From: an uncultured Actinomycetota bacterium | Lineage (GTDB): Bacteria > Actinomycetota > Acidimicrobiia > Spongiisociales > UBA4744 | DNA: 64,000 nucleotides | NCBI GenBank assembly: GCA_963823915.1 | Contig: CAWGNJ010000004.1 | Span: 6,915 to 70,914 of the forward strand | Reading direction: 5' to 3' | Part shown: positions 1 to 9,655 of the stretch, one piece after another | Layout: each line of letters begins with the position of its first letter | Position numbering within the stretch: position 1 is the stretch's first letter | Made by a program: the position numbers and the translations under genes | The notes under the pieces: model-generated | What the model was told of the DNA's origin: nothing | What the model saw: the letters and a program-made list of their open reading frames with translations, nothing else | The model's database searches: none

Positions 1-454
1 GATGCCGCAGCCAGTCCGCTTCTCTGGGCTCTACCCAGGCTTCCGGTTTCGGCGTGTCCGGGATGCGCGCAGCCATGGCCCGGACCAGAGTTTCCGGCAC
101 TGCTGTCCGGGCTTGGAGAGCAACTTCGATGACCGTCTTGAACGCTTCCGCCGGTTCGTCGTCGCCGAGGACCCCGGTGGCTCCTACGCGAACCGCCGCG
201 GCGAAGCTGCTCACGGTCAACTCCGGGACCACCGCCACCACCGGTATGTGTGGGTGAGCCTCTTTCAAGTGGCGGATGTCGTCCAGGACCGTCATTTCTG
301 ACACAGCGACGATCACCGCAATACCGTCACGACCCGGTTTCCACGACGACAACTGGGTCAGCTCGGTCGGGATGAGGTCCGAATCGGCAAGTATCGATGA
401 CACTCCGCGCCGCCAGGTGGGCGTGCTCCCGGCGACTGCGACTTTTCTCGTCAT
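1..454 (-). CDS. Response-regulator-like protein (CheY-like receiver fold, probably NarL/LuxR class); N-terminal part only, 3' end off-window
   Basis: Manual reverse translation from ATG at 454..452 is open to the window edge: MTRKVAVAGSTPTWRRGVSSILADSDL...GIAVIVAVSEMTVLDDIRHLKEAHPHIPVVAVVPEL...AAVRVGATGVLGDDEPAEAFKTVIEVAL. The alternating beta/alpha pattern fits a receiver domain, but the usual acidic phospho-acceptor positions are not obvious (pseudo-receiver?). It is absent from the ORF track because it runs off the edge. Confidence 0.5.
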   Translation of the reverse strand, partial: MTRKVAVAGSTPTWRRGVSSILADSDLIPTELTQLSSWKPGRDGIAVIVAVSEMTVLDDIRHLKEAHPHIPVVAVVPELTVSSFAAAVRVGATGVLGDDEPAEAFKTVIEVALQARTAVPETLVRAMAARIPDTPKPEAWVEPREADWLRH

Positions 455-675
455 GCTTTCAGCGTAATGGTTTGCCCCTCGGTGTTGCTTTCTGGTCGCG
501 GCGATGGGACGCAAATCTCAGAAGGTGGCAGTCGGCAGCCAAGCCGGGGGCAGCGCCACGCCCCAAACATGGCGCCGGATTGACACTGTGCGTCATGGAC
601 CGGGCGGCCATGTTGGGCTCATGATGCGGTCAAGCCAAGCGGTCACAAAGACTGCGGAATGCGAAAGGAGCAGGA

Positions 676-1501
676 ATGGCTGAGGAAGGCACAGTAGCTC
701 GCGTCAAGCGGAGCATGACTGCATTGCTGAAGGGTACGGGCGGAATCGTGGGTGGCGCTGCCGACGTGGCCAAGGACGCCACGGTGACAACGCTGAAGGA
801 CGCCGGCGAGGTGGCCACGACGGTCACCGGAACCGCGTCTCGACATCGTCGACGGTGCGCTGTCGGCTGTTGACGAGGTTGGCACCGGACTCGTCCGCAC
901 GATAAAGGGCGTCGTTGTCGGCATTGTCCAGGGTGTTGGCGAGATTGCCACTGTCACCGTGGGTGTGCTGTCGGACACAGTCCGGGCTGCCCTCAAAGGG
1001 ACGGGTGCCATCGGCGCAGATGTCACCAGAACCGCCGGTGGCATAGCGGAAGGGTTGATCACGGCTACCAAGGATACGGGGGTCGGTCTGGCCGAAGGCG
1101 CAGTAACGCTCGGTAGGTCCACGGTGGCAGGGGTCAAGGATCTGGGCGGCGACCTGGTGGGTACCGCGGCAAGCACAGTATCTGGGGCAATCGCCGGAGC
1201 CGGCGAAATCGGTGGCGACGCACTGACGGTCGTCAAGAACACGGCCCGGGGCCTGGTTCAAGGCGCCGGGGCTGTAGAAGCTGACATCGTCAAAGTGACG
1301 AGAGGGGCCATCGCGGGTGCCATCTCGGGTGCGAAGGATCTCGGCCTCAGCGTCGAAGATGCAGCTTCGGCCGCCGCAACGGGAGCGTTCGAGGCAGCCG
1401 AAGAGATCGGGGAATCGGCCGTTCATGCGGTCAGAGATATTGCAGCCAGCGGAGTCAACGGCGTCACGGCCGTGATCGCTGGGCAAAGCGACAACAGTTA
1501 G
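676..1501 (+). CDS. Gly/Ala/Val/Thr-rich low-complexity repeat protein; reading frame split near 830-845
   Basis: AAAGGAG lies 7 nt upstream of ATG 676. The frame-1 ORF 676..873 (..KDAGEVATTVTGT) stays repeat-like only to about 835. Frame 2 is open from 797 and continues the same composition (LDIVDGALSAVDEVGTGLVRTIKGVVVG...) into ORF 959..1501. There is no signal peptide. Confidence 0.5.
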
Positions 1502-1517
1502 TCGCGGAGCAACAGTC

Positions 1518-1545
1518 GGGCCTGACGCCAAACGGCGTCAGGCCC
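1518..1545 (+). terminator. Perfect 12-bp GC-rich hairpin directly after the stop codon at 1499-1501
   Basis: GGGCCTGACGCC-aaac-GGCGTCAGGCCC. There is no U-tract, as is frequent in high-GC Actinobacteria. Confidence 0.5.
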
Positions 1546-1602
1546 GAAGTCGGCGAAGTTCTAGCATGGGTTTGGCAGCACAGAAGAAGCGAAGGAGTAG
1601 GT

Positions 1603-2651
1603 GTGAAAGTCGGCTTTGCCGTTAACAAGATTGAAACCGAAGAATCGGTGTATACCACCACGCGGCTCGGTCAGGCATTGACAAACAAGGGTCACGAGGC
1701 TTGGACATTGGGGGTCGGCGATCTCGCCTATGACCCTGATGAAAGCATCCGAGCACGAGCCGTCCGACCGTCAAAGACTCGCTACACGACTCCTCAGGCG
1801 TATCTGCGTGATCTTCAATCGAAAAAGGCTCGTACCGAGCGGATCACAGTCGATGATCTGGACGTTCTGATGCTGAGGAACGATCCGTCGACCGAGAAAG
1901 GCTCAAGGGAATGGGCCAAGACCGCGGCGATCGACTTCGGTCGAATGGCGATGCGCCGCGGCGTGATCGTGCTCAACGATCCAGTTGGTTTGGCCAAGGC
2001 CGCCAACAAGATGTACTTCCAGAAGCTTCCCGGAAGAAGTTCGCCCGCATACGCTCATCACCGCGCAACCGTGACGAAATCAAAGCGTTCGCTCGGGACA
2101 TGGGCGGCATATAGTGCTCAAACCGCTCCAGGGTTCTGGAGGCGAGGGCGTGTTCTTGGTCCGTCCGGACGACATGGCGAACATTAACCAAATGATCGAG
2201 GCAGTAAGCCGCGACGGGTATGTAATCGCTCAGGAGTACTTGACCGGGGCTGAAGAAGGTGACACCCGGCTCTTCGTTATGAACGGTCAACCTCTGCGCC
2301 ACAAAGGCAGGTATGCGGCTTTCCGGCGCATCCGTCGTGGCGGACGACATGCGATCGAACGTGCATGCCGGCGGTGTGATCGGCAAGGCGACGATTGATG
2401 CTGACGCCTTGCGACTCGCGGAGATCGTTCGCCCCAAGTTGGTCCAGGACGGCATGTTTCTGGTCGGCCTGGACATCGTCGGCGACAAACTCATGGAGAT
2501 CAACGTCTTCAGCCCGGGCGGTTTGGGCAGCGCCCAGAAGCAGGAAGGCGTGAATTTCACCGAGGCGGTGGTTCACGCGCTCGAACAGAAGACGGAGTAC
2601 GCCCGGTATTACCGACGCACTTTCGTTAATCAAGAAATGGCGACACTCTGA
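1603..2651 (+). pseudogene. Glutathione-synthetase-like ATP-grasp ligase (GshB/RimK-related); three frame disruptions
   Basis: GAAGGAG precedes GTG 1603. Pieces in three frames join into a GshB-like sequence: MKVGFAVNKIETEESVYTTTRLG...NKMYFQKLP|EEVRPHTLITRNRDEIKAFARDMGGI|LKPLQGSGGEGVFLVRPDD...GDTRLFVMNGQPL|DDMRSNVHAGGVIGKA...FLVGLDIVGDKLMEINVFSPGG. Shifts are near 2027, 2112 and 2330. Confidence 0.75.
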
Positions 2652-3490
2652 TGGAGAAGGAAATGGAAAACGCGCGACGGCCTGGACGATTCGGCGGGGT
2701 GGAATGCCGATCATTGCTACAGCTATACATGCGGGGCACGATGTTCGGCCGGAAGTAACCGACCTCTTCGAGATAACGGAAGAGGACCGCCTTCGAGAAG
2801 AAGACCCTTTCACGGATCGTTGGATCTCAGTCGCGGACAATCGGCTTGCGGTTCAGAGGTCGCGGTTCGAAGTCGATCTCAACCGGCCACGCCCGAAGGC
2901 CGTCTATCTCGACTCCCGAGGACGCTTTTGATCTGAAGGTGTGGAAGGACGGTCCTTCCGATGCGATCGTGCAGCGATCCCTCGGAATCTATGACGACTT
3001 CTACGAGGAATTCCGCGGCTTTGTGCGATGACGTTGAAGCCCCCACGGGCAGTTTGTGGTGCTCGACCTCCACTCTTACAACCACCGTCGCAATGGTCCG
3101 GATGCTCCGGTGGACGATCCCGAGAAGAACCCGGAGATCAACGTCGGGACCGGCTCAATGGACCGGGACCGGTGGGAGGGACTCGTGGATCACTTCATCA
3201 AGGACGTGGCCGCGTCGCCTTTCGACGGCGGGCATCTCGACGTGCGGGAGAACGTTCGTTTCCAGGGCGGGCACTTGGCCCGCTGGGTGCATGAGAACTA
3301 CCCCACCTCCGGATGCGCACTCGCCATCGAGGTCAAGAAGGTCTTCATGGACGAGTGGACCGGTCAAGAGGATGAAGCGGCGATGGTGAGCATGCTGGAA
3401 GTGCTTCGAGCGACGGTACCGGGTTTGCTCGAAGAGGTTGGCCGGCTGACGCCGACCGAATCAGGGGTCGGTCGAGATCGACGAGGTTGA
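2651..3490 (+). pseudogene. N-formylglutamate amidohydrolase (FGase) family protein; at least three frame disruptions
   Basis: ATG 2651 shares its A with the upstream TGA stop. The pieces are [18 protein letters not shown]...DPFTDRW, KVWKDGPSDAIVQRSLGIYDDFYEEFRGF and QFVVLDLHSYNHRRNGPDAPVDDPEKNPEINVGTG...ALAIEVKK. Two in-frame stops at 3029-3037 are bypassed only by frame changes. Confidence 0.7.
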
Positions 3491-5354
3491 GGCCCCGGCG
3501 TACTCGCTCGATCCGGTAGTGGGTGTCGGGAACGTCGAGATAAGACGGTCGTAACACAGGTGGTACCAAGACCTGTCGCCGGAGCAGCTCCTCGATGGTC
3601 GGTGTGTGTTCCGCGGCCATCTTGCCGACGAAGAGCGATTCGAGCCGACCCCCTTTCTTGATGAAATCTGTCACCTCCAGGAGTCCCCTCAGGTACACGG
3701 CGTCTTTCACGAGTCCGCCGCCGCGATGGACCCGCATGGCGATGAGGTACGCCGCCCTCGCCGTGAAGCCGTGATCATCGCGGAGCGCTGCGAAAGTATC
3801 CATGAAGGTCGCGCCGTCGATCACCGACCGGGCGGCCAACACCCGGCCCGCCAGGGTCCGGAGCCGGCCGGGGGTGAGGCCCCCAACCAGGTATTCGGCG
3901 AACACCGCCAAACCTTCCTGCAGAGCGTCGTGATTGGCAAGTCCACCGGCGAGCAACCGGAAGGGTTGGGCTCGGCCGTTCCAGTACGTGACCACGTGGG
4001 TCCCCACCTCGTGCTGGATGAGAGGCTCCACGCGCTGGACCGGGAAACTCATGCCGGATCCGACCATGAGATCACCCGCAGATACCATCAATGACACGAT
4101 GTCCTCGCGGACAACGACCCGGCCCGTCATGGCCGGGTTGACCATTCTGTACCTTTGGAATTCTGACTCCGCTCTCGCCACGAAAGTGGCTGTGTCAATC
4201 TTGCGGCCCCGATTCCCGACAGACCGGCCCGCCAAAGAACGGGCAAGCGAGGTGGCCAAGTCAACGAGTTGTGAGTCCACGTTCCCGTATAAGGCGATGC
4301 CGGTCGGCAAGAAGCTAGAACGTTCCCGCTCCCCGATCAAGGTGAGTTTCAGGTCGAGCTCGCGTTGTTTTTCGCGAAAGATGTGCTCGAGCGTGGGATC
4401 TTCAATCCGCTCCACTTTGGCTTGGTACACGGTTCGCTTGAGCAAGGCGGGGTCGATGGTGCGCGGCCGATACCGGAAGCGGGGTGGTTTCTGGTACCGG
4501 GATCTTTGGAAGGCACGGAAGGCTTGCTCAGCATTGGTAGGAGTCACCATCAGGAGGAGATCGAACGACTCGGCGACAGAACTCAGGGTTTGATCTACTT
4601 GCACGACTGCCCGCACAAAGGTACGGCGACCCAGCGCCTGGTAGTGGAGCGGTCGGTGGACTGTCTCAGACCGGGCGAACTCGAATGCCGTTCGCCTCAA
4701 CACGGTGTCCATCTGGCGAGCGAGAGACTTCTGCATCAGCGGGAACTCCTCTCCGGTTGTGTCATCCCGGTGGATCGGAGCCACCTCAATTCCCACATAT
4801 CGAGCGGAGAGTTCTCGGGCCCGTTGCCGAGTGAGTACCACGGGCAACCCGGGTGGGGAGAGCCGGCCACCCGGTTGCAGGGATACTTGCGCACTGCGTT
4901 TGAGGATCTGGATCTTGGCGAGAGCATCTGACAGCCGTTCGACGGTTGAAGAGTCGAGCCACTGTTTGTCGGCGATCACCTTGAACGATGCCATCCGGGC
5001 GTGGGGGACATCGATGGCGCTCTCCTTCGCCTCCCATACTTCGATGATCAAGAAGCCGCCAAAGACTGAGGAAAGCACACTGGCCAGGCGTTCGACCAGT
5101 CGGCCGGTCCAGGCGTGTGCCCGAACTCGGGTGGGGGCGATGAGGTATGAGGCCTCGCCGGTAATCAGCCCGGCAATTCCCGGATCGATCCCCGTTTTGG
5201 GTGGCCGGTACAGGATGAGGAAGGGAAGTTGCCGGTCGATGTGGAGACGTCCGCCGGGAGGGAGAGTCCTGCGGACCCGCTGGCCTTTGGCGAGCCGGTC
5301 CGCAATCTCCTCGATCAACTGATCGGTCAAACGATCGTGTCCGGCGGTAGCCAT
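3345..5354 (-). CDS. QEGLA-motif protein (DUF1704 / tyrosine-phenylalanine carboxypeptidase-like putative metallopeptidase)
   Basis: Intact 669-aa ORF containing HEVGTH (HExxxH) followed by ...HDALQEGLAVFAEY. The 3' 146 nt overlap the convergent FGase ORF, so one of the two C-termini is probably artefactually extended. Confidence 0.8.
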   Translation of the reverse strand: MATAGHDRLTDQLIEEIADRLAKGQRVRRTLPPGGRLHIDRQLPFLILYRPPKTGIDPGIAGLITGEASYLIAPTRVRAHAWTGRLVERLASVLSSVFGGFLIIEVWEAKESAIDVPHARMASFKVIADKQWLDSSTVERLSDALAKIQILKRSAQVSLQPGGRLSPPGLPVVLTRQRARELSARYVGIEVAPIHRDDTTGEEFPLMQKSLARQMDTVLRRTAFEFARSETVHRPLHYQALGRRTFVRAVVQVDQTLSSVAESFDLLLMVTPTNAEQAFRAFQRSRYQKPPRFRYRPRTIDPALLKRTVYQAKVERIEDPTLEHIFREKQRELDLKLTLIGERERSSFLPTGIALYGNVDSQLVDLATSLARSLAGRSVGNRGRKIDTATFVARAESEFQRYRMVNPAMTGRVVVREDIVSLMVSAGDLMVGSGMSFPVQRVEPLIQHEVGTHVVTYWNGRAQPFRLLAGGLANHDALQEGLAVFAEYLVGGLTPGRLRTLAGRVLAARSVIDGATFMDTFAALRDDHGFTARAAYLIAMRVHRGGGLVKDAVYLRGLLEVTDFIKKGGRLESLFVGKMAAEHTPTIEELLRRQVLVPPVLRPSYLDVPDTHYRIERVRRGLNLVDLDRPLIRSASAGQPLRANPVPSLEALPACSPSPLHPLDRSTRP

Positions 5355-5607
5355 CGGCGTCCTCTACGTACGGTTGTCGAGGAGTGTAGAGATATGTCTC
5401 ACGAGCACGGGCGACTCGCATGCGACTGAGATCGTGGAAGAGACCGACAGAAACTTCGAGTTCCTTCCGTCACTGCGGGGCCGGACGGCTTCGGCGGACA
5501 TTGCATATGCTCTAGTCACAGCTCCTGACAGCCGGATCTAGGTGAGCCCGACGGAGGACCGGCCACATGCACCACCTGTCGGAGACCCGTAGCACCCACA
5601 CAGTCGG

Positions 5608-6375
5608 CTACGCCTCAGGGTCGGCGGCGTCCTCCTCGGCCTGACGTTCGGCGATCTCCGACATGAGTTCCATGTGCGCTCGGTCGCCCTCCATGCCGAC
5701 CCTTCTGGTACCAAGGTCTTCTAGGACGTCGGCGTAGCCGTACAGGATCAGAGTGTCGTGCTCGTGGATACGAGTGTGGCCCCGAGGAGCTCCGAGAAAG
5801 GTGCCGTCTGCGCGTCGAATCCCGAGCACGACCACGCCCTCGGCAGGGAGGTGGAGATCTGCCAGGCCATGCTCGGCCACCCAGCTGTCCGCCTCAACCC
5901 CAAGCTCGGCCACGGCGTAGTTACTCGCCAGGTCGAGGAGTTGGACGTAGTCCCGCAGCTCGAGCTTGGTGAACCGCCGCAGCGCCCGGCTGATTATCTT
6001 GGAAAGCAGCCGATCGACAGTCCGGCTTCGGGCCGCCACCAAGATGAGGATCAGGCCCCCGGCCAGTGTGCCCACCCTCATCAGCGCATCCCCGGGGTCG
6101 CCCTGCCCGGCGAATCCGATAACCAAGGTGGCGATGATCGTGATCAACCCAGCGTTGCCGAGCAGCATGAGGGTCAGGACGATGCGGCGGCGCATCGGGT
6201 GGTTGACAATGAGCTCTGACTCGGTCGTCGTGAAGCCGACCCCGGTAAGGGCGGAGCGTGCTTGGAAGTGCGCGACCTCAGCGGACACACCAGTGGCAGT
6301 GAGTGCGATAGTCCCTACCCGATTCACGATCAGGGTTACGGTGACCACAATCAGCAATGTCGCGACAGCGATCAT
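5608..6375 (-). CDS. Membrane protein with C-terminal TrkA-C (RCK_C) domain, ion-channel/transporter-like
   Basis: 255 aa. The hydrophobic N-terminal half includes the TGVGFTTTES segment. The C-terminal half (LRDYVQLLDL...EGVVVLGIRRADGTFLGAPRGHTRIHEHDTLILYG) has a typical RCK_C pattern. Confidence 0.6.
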   Translation of the reverse strand: MIAVATLLIVVTVTLIVNRVGTIALTATGVSAEVAHFQARSALTGVGFTTTESELIVNHPMRRRIVLTLMLLGNAGLITIIATLVIGFAGQGDPGDALMRVGTLAGGLILILVAARSRTVDRLLSKIISRALRRFTKLELRDYVQLLDLASNYAVAELGVEADSWVAEHGLADLHLPAEGVVVLGIRRADGTFLGAPRGHTRIHEHDTLILYGYADVLEDLGTRRVGMEGDRAHMELMSEIAERQAEEDAADPEA

Positions 6376-6596
6376 TTCACGAGTTCCCGGCCATAGCCCA
6401 CAGCATTGTCCGCAGGGTAGATGGGTTCCTTTGATTCACGCCTCAGAAACCTCTGGTGCGTTGTCGACAGGTTGTCATCACACCGAGAAGGAAGCATGGA
6501 GGGTCTAGAGCGGCCTGGCCACCGGGTTGACGACTAGCCGGATCGCCCGCCATGTTCCATACCGCTCGTGGGCCAACATGACCGGGGTTGGCCGGC

Positions 6597-7364
6597 TCAT
6601 AATCCAGTGTCCGGTGGTTGTGTCGGTGGCGCATTTTTCTGGTCCTGGGCCGGACTGATCGTGAATCCGGCTGTCAGGAGTTGCGTGTAGGGCACATGCC
6701 GCTTTCCGCCCTGGGTACTCTCTAGCTCCAAGGTGGCCGGATGAAGCTCGACCACCTTGCCGGTCTCCTCCCCGAATTGCAGTTGCATGCCCGCGTCCAA
6801 GAATCGTGCAACATATCTTCCGGCACTTATCTCTCGCGCAGCGGGACGTCCTCCCAACCCGACCAAAAGGGCGCCCGATAGGGCCACTCCGAAGCCGGCC
6901 AACCCGACCACGATCAACAACACGGTGGTGTCGACCCCCAACTGGGCGAGAGCCAATAGGATCGCCGCGCCCAATACTGTCCAGCGGGCTATCGAACCGG
7001 CTCGCCGGGCGGTTCGGCCGGACGCTCGTTCGAGCCCGAACATCAGCAATCGGGAGGCGGCGACCGCCACCGCGTACCCGGCGAAGAGGATGAGGCCTGC
7101 GGCGAGCAGCCTTGGCATGTAGTCGAGGAGCTGGCGGGGGACATCTTCGAGGGTCTCGGGCCAGACGAGCGCTACTGCCAGGAGCACTCCGACGAGGCTG
7201 AGGAACCAGAACGCAAACAGCCCGGCGATTCCGGCTATCGGCCTGGTTGCATCGCCGCCGGGTGTTTTGAGCAAGCGTCGGCGAATCAGCCAACCGGCCG
7301 CGGCCCCGAGGACCAATCCACCGGCCACGAAGGCAAGCGCCAGGAGCCACCGTTCAGTCGTCAT
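6597..7364 (-). CDS. Small MscS-like / conserved-TM-helix membrane protein
   Basis: 255 aa with 4-5 TM helices, then a beta-rich C-terminus (GMQLQFGEETGKVVELHPATLELES). Co-oriented with, and overlapping, the anti-sigma gene. Confidence 0.45.
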   Translation of the reverse strand: MTTERWLLALAFVAGGLVLGAAAGWLIRRRLLKTPGGDATRPIAGIAGLFAFWFLSLVGVLLAVALVWPETLEDVPRQLLDYMPRLLAAGLILFAGYAVAVAASRLLMFGLERASGRTARRAGSIARWTVLGAAILLALAQLGVDTTVLLIVVGLAGFGVALSGALLVGLGGRPAAREISAGRYVARFLDAGMQLQFGEETGKVVELHPATLELESTQGGKRHVPYTQLLTAGFTISPAQDQKNAPPTQPPDTGL

Positions 7365-7671
7365 CTTCCTCCGTCATGGCATCGAACACTCTCCAACCTA
7401 GCGAGAACAGGTCGGCCGCCACCGACCACGTGGCTGTGTCTCTGGATCGTTTCTCGACGGTCAGTCTGATGCGGTCTGCGAAGCCGGCGTGAGGGGTGAC
7501 GACCTTGGCCAGCAAGTCACGAGCTTCGCGGTCGAGGCCGGTCAGGGTGTCGAGTTCGGTCAGACAACGCTCGCATGAGCTCACATGCCGGGTGAGATCA
7601 TCTCGCATTCCTCCAGCCCATCTCAAGAGGGCGCGACGGTGGGGGTGACGGCTCACGACTCCTCCCGCCAT
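7354..7671 (-). CDS. zf-HC2-type anti-sigma factor
   Basis: Contains HVSSCERCLTELDTL (H-x3-C-x2-C) and lies immediately downstream of the ECF sigma gene. An alternative start is ATG 7608, preceded by GGAGGA. Confidence 0.65.
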   Translation of the reverse strand: MAGGVVSRHPHRRALLRWAGGMRDDLTRHVSSCERCLTELDTLTGLDREARDLLAKVVTPHAGFADRIRLTVEKRSRDTATWSVAADLFSLGWRVFDAMTEEDDD

Positions 7672-8180
7672 TCGCGCAGTTCATCCATCAGCTCTTTCCG
7701 GGCGCGAAACAACCTGGTTTTGACCGTTGAGAGCGGCACCCCGAGAACCTCGGTGATGTCCTCATAACTCAGCCCTTCCAGCTCGCGGAGGGTAACAATC
7801 GCGCGACTGACGCTATCCAGCTCGAACAAGGCATCCTCGAAAGCTGCCATCAAGGCCCGATCCATTGCCTCCGTCTCAGCAGAGGGGGCGGCGCGATCCG
7901 GCATTGCCAGGGGGTCGACAGGCGTGTCCCGTAGCCGGCGCAGCTCTGACACTGCTGCGTTGTGAACGATGCGCAGCAACCAGGTGCGGAGCTGGGATTC
8001 ACCCCGAAAGTGGTCCAGGCCGAGCCAGGCCTTGATGAGGGACTCCTGAACGACGTCCTCGGCTAGGACGGGGTTGCGCACCACCGCCACCGCTACGCGG
8101 TACATGGCAGCTGCGTGGTCTCGGTAGAGGGTTTCGAGATCGAGGTTGTGTTCATGTCCTGGCTCTGTTTGCGGTTCCAT
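7653..8180 (-). CDS. ECF-type RNA polymerase sigma-70 family factor
   Basis: Region 2 (ETLYRDHAAAMYRVAVAVVRNPVLAEDVVQESLIKAW) and region 4 (VTLRELEGLSYEDITEVLGVPLSTVKTRLFRARKEL) are both present. The ORF is open to 8324, but the internal ATG 8180 gives a typical 176-aa length. Confidence 0.85.
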   Translation of the reverse strand: MEPQTEPGHEHNLDLETLYRDHAAAMYRVAVAVVRNPVLAEDVVQESLIKAWLGLDHFRGESQLRTWLLRIVHNAAVSELRRLRDTPVDPLAMPDRAAPSAETEAMDRALMAAFEDALFELDSVSRAIVTLRELEGLSYEDITEVLGVPLSTVKTRLFRARKELMDELREWREES

Positions 8181-8331
8181 GGCGGCCGTCGAGTTATGGA
8201 CGACAGTCGGGTCTTCGAGGTCGCGCGAGATTGCTGCGAACCAGACCGTGAGACGCTCACCCAGCGCGGTGGCGAGTCGGATGATTGCCGTGGCGGGATC
8301 GGTTTGGCGGAGAGAGTGGAGCACCGGAGAG

Positions 8332-8607
8332 TTAGCCTCGACTGCGTTTCGACGGGCGCACGCGAACTTCAGGCGCCAGGTCTACCAACCCTAGGTCGAT
8401 CCAGAAGCCGTACGACAAGTGATCCTCGATGGCAACCCGGGTGGCAACCGGGTCCCCGAATGCCTCGACCGTGATCAGCGCCTGGTTGCCGGTCACCCGC
8501 AGATCGACCAACTGCACCCTCAGCGGGGACAACCGGGCGTCGAGGGCGCGACGTAGGGCCGCTACCGAGATTGTGGTTTCGCCAGCGGGTCCATCCTGTA
8601 CGCGCAT
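8332..8607 (-). CDS. Small hypothetical protein resembling the C-terminal domain of the AmaP-like proteins encoded at 9131-10206
   Basis: 91 aa. TISVAALRRALDARLSPLRVQLVDLRVTG..ITVEAFGD parallels TRVTAAAIRRAVSQRLRDLPGVVAASPIAHRR..DMRVEIGQG in ORF 9652..10206. Confidence 0.35.
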   Translation of the reverse strand: MRVQDGPAGETTISVAALRRALDARLSPLRVQLVDLRVTGNQALITVEAFGDPVATRVAIEDHLSYGFWIDLGLVDLAPEVRVRPSKRSRG

Positions 8608-8693
8608 GAGGGCACGATAGAAGATCCGACGCGACTTATCGCCTCGACCGGGCGTCTGTCCAGTGAGGTCAACGACACAAGGAGATGTGGGTT

Positions 8694-9134
8694 ATGGCAG
8701 ACGTAGCAGTACAGGACGTAGCAGTGAAGAAAGAGCGGGTGCTCGAGGGTTTCGTGTTGGAAACCGAGAAAGGGATCACCACCGTGGCCGACGTCGTGGT
8801 GGCCAAGATGGCCGGTATCGCGGCGCGTGAGGTGGAAGGCGTCCACGAACTCGGAAAAACGTTCCGGCGGTTGCTGGGTCGGGTCAGCCCGGGCGAATCG
8901 TTGAGCCAAGGTGTCAATGTTGAGGTCGGCAAACGGGAAACGGCCATCGATCTCGTGATCGTCATCGACTACGGCTACTCAATTCCGGCGGTGGCTCAAG
9001 ACCTGCGGGAGAACGTCATCACCAAGGTCGAAACGGGCACCGGTCTGGTGGTCAAGGAAGTGAACATCGAGGTCTCCGATCTTTTCGTTCCCACCGGCGA
9101 GACCGAGCCCACCTCCGCCTCCCGGGTCGAATGA
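8694..9134 (+). CDS. Asp23/Gls24 family envelope-stress protein
   Basis: Contains GITTVADVVVAKMAGIAAREVEGVHEL...GVNVEVGKRETAIDLVIVIDYGYSIPAVAQDLRENVITKVE. AAGGAG is 9 nt upstream of ATG 8694; the ORF track starts at 8685. Confidence 0.85.
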   Translation: MADVAVQDVAVKKERVLEGFVLETEKGITTVADVVVAKMAGIAAREVEGVHELGKTFRRLLGRVSPGESLSQGVNVEVGKRETAIDLVIVIDYGYSIPAVAQDLRENVITKVETGTGLVVKEVNIEVSDLFVPTGETEPTSASRVE

Positions 9135-9655
9135 TCAGGACCATCGTTCTGCGAGTCCTCGGCCTCCTGGTGGTCGCCGCCCTCGGGTTGGCGGCCACCA
9201 GTCTGGTCGCTTTCGGGTTGGAGCGCCGGGTGCCGTGGCTATCCGACGGCATTCGCTCCTTCGCCGATTGGGTACACACCCCCCCATTGAAGGGTGCGGC
9301 AGTTCTGGCCGGCACCGGGTTGGTGGTGGTTGCCATTGCGGTCGTCATCGTGGTGGCTGCCCGCCGCATCCGCGGAGTTCGGAATCTTGACAAGACGGCG
9401 GCCGGATCCACCGTCATTGACATGGAATCCGTGGGAGACGCACTTGAGCTGTCGCTTCGCCGCATCGACCCGAAGATGCAGGTGACCTCCCGCCGGAGCA
9501 GGCTTCATGTTGCCGCTCCGCCGGGTTCCGGAGATCGGTTCGAAGTGGCCGACGAGGCCAGCGGTCTCGTTCGTGAGGCACTCGAGCAGATGGGACTGTC
9601 GGACACGCCGTTCACAGTGAGTGTCCGACAGGTTCCCGAAACGAGGGTGACATGA
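9131..9655 (+). CDS. AmaP-like alkaline-shock membrane anchor protein (copy 1)
   Basis: ATGA start/stop overlap with the Asp23 gene. Two TM helices are followed by a soluble domain, which is the usual Asp23-operon partner architecture. Confidence 0.55.
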   Translation: MIRTIVLRVLGLLVVAALGLAATSLVAFGLERRVPWLSDGIRSFADWVHTPPLKGAAVLAGTGLVVVAIAVVIVVAARRIRGVRNLDKTAAGSTVIDMESVGDALELSLRRIDPKMQVTSRRSRLHVAAPPGSGDRFEVADEASGLVREALEQMGLSDTPFTVSVRQVPETRVT

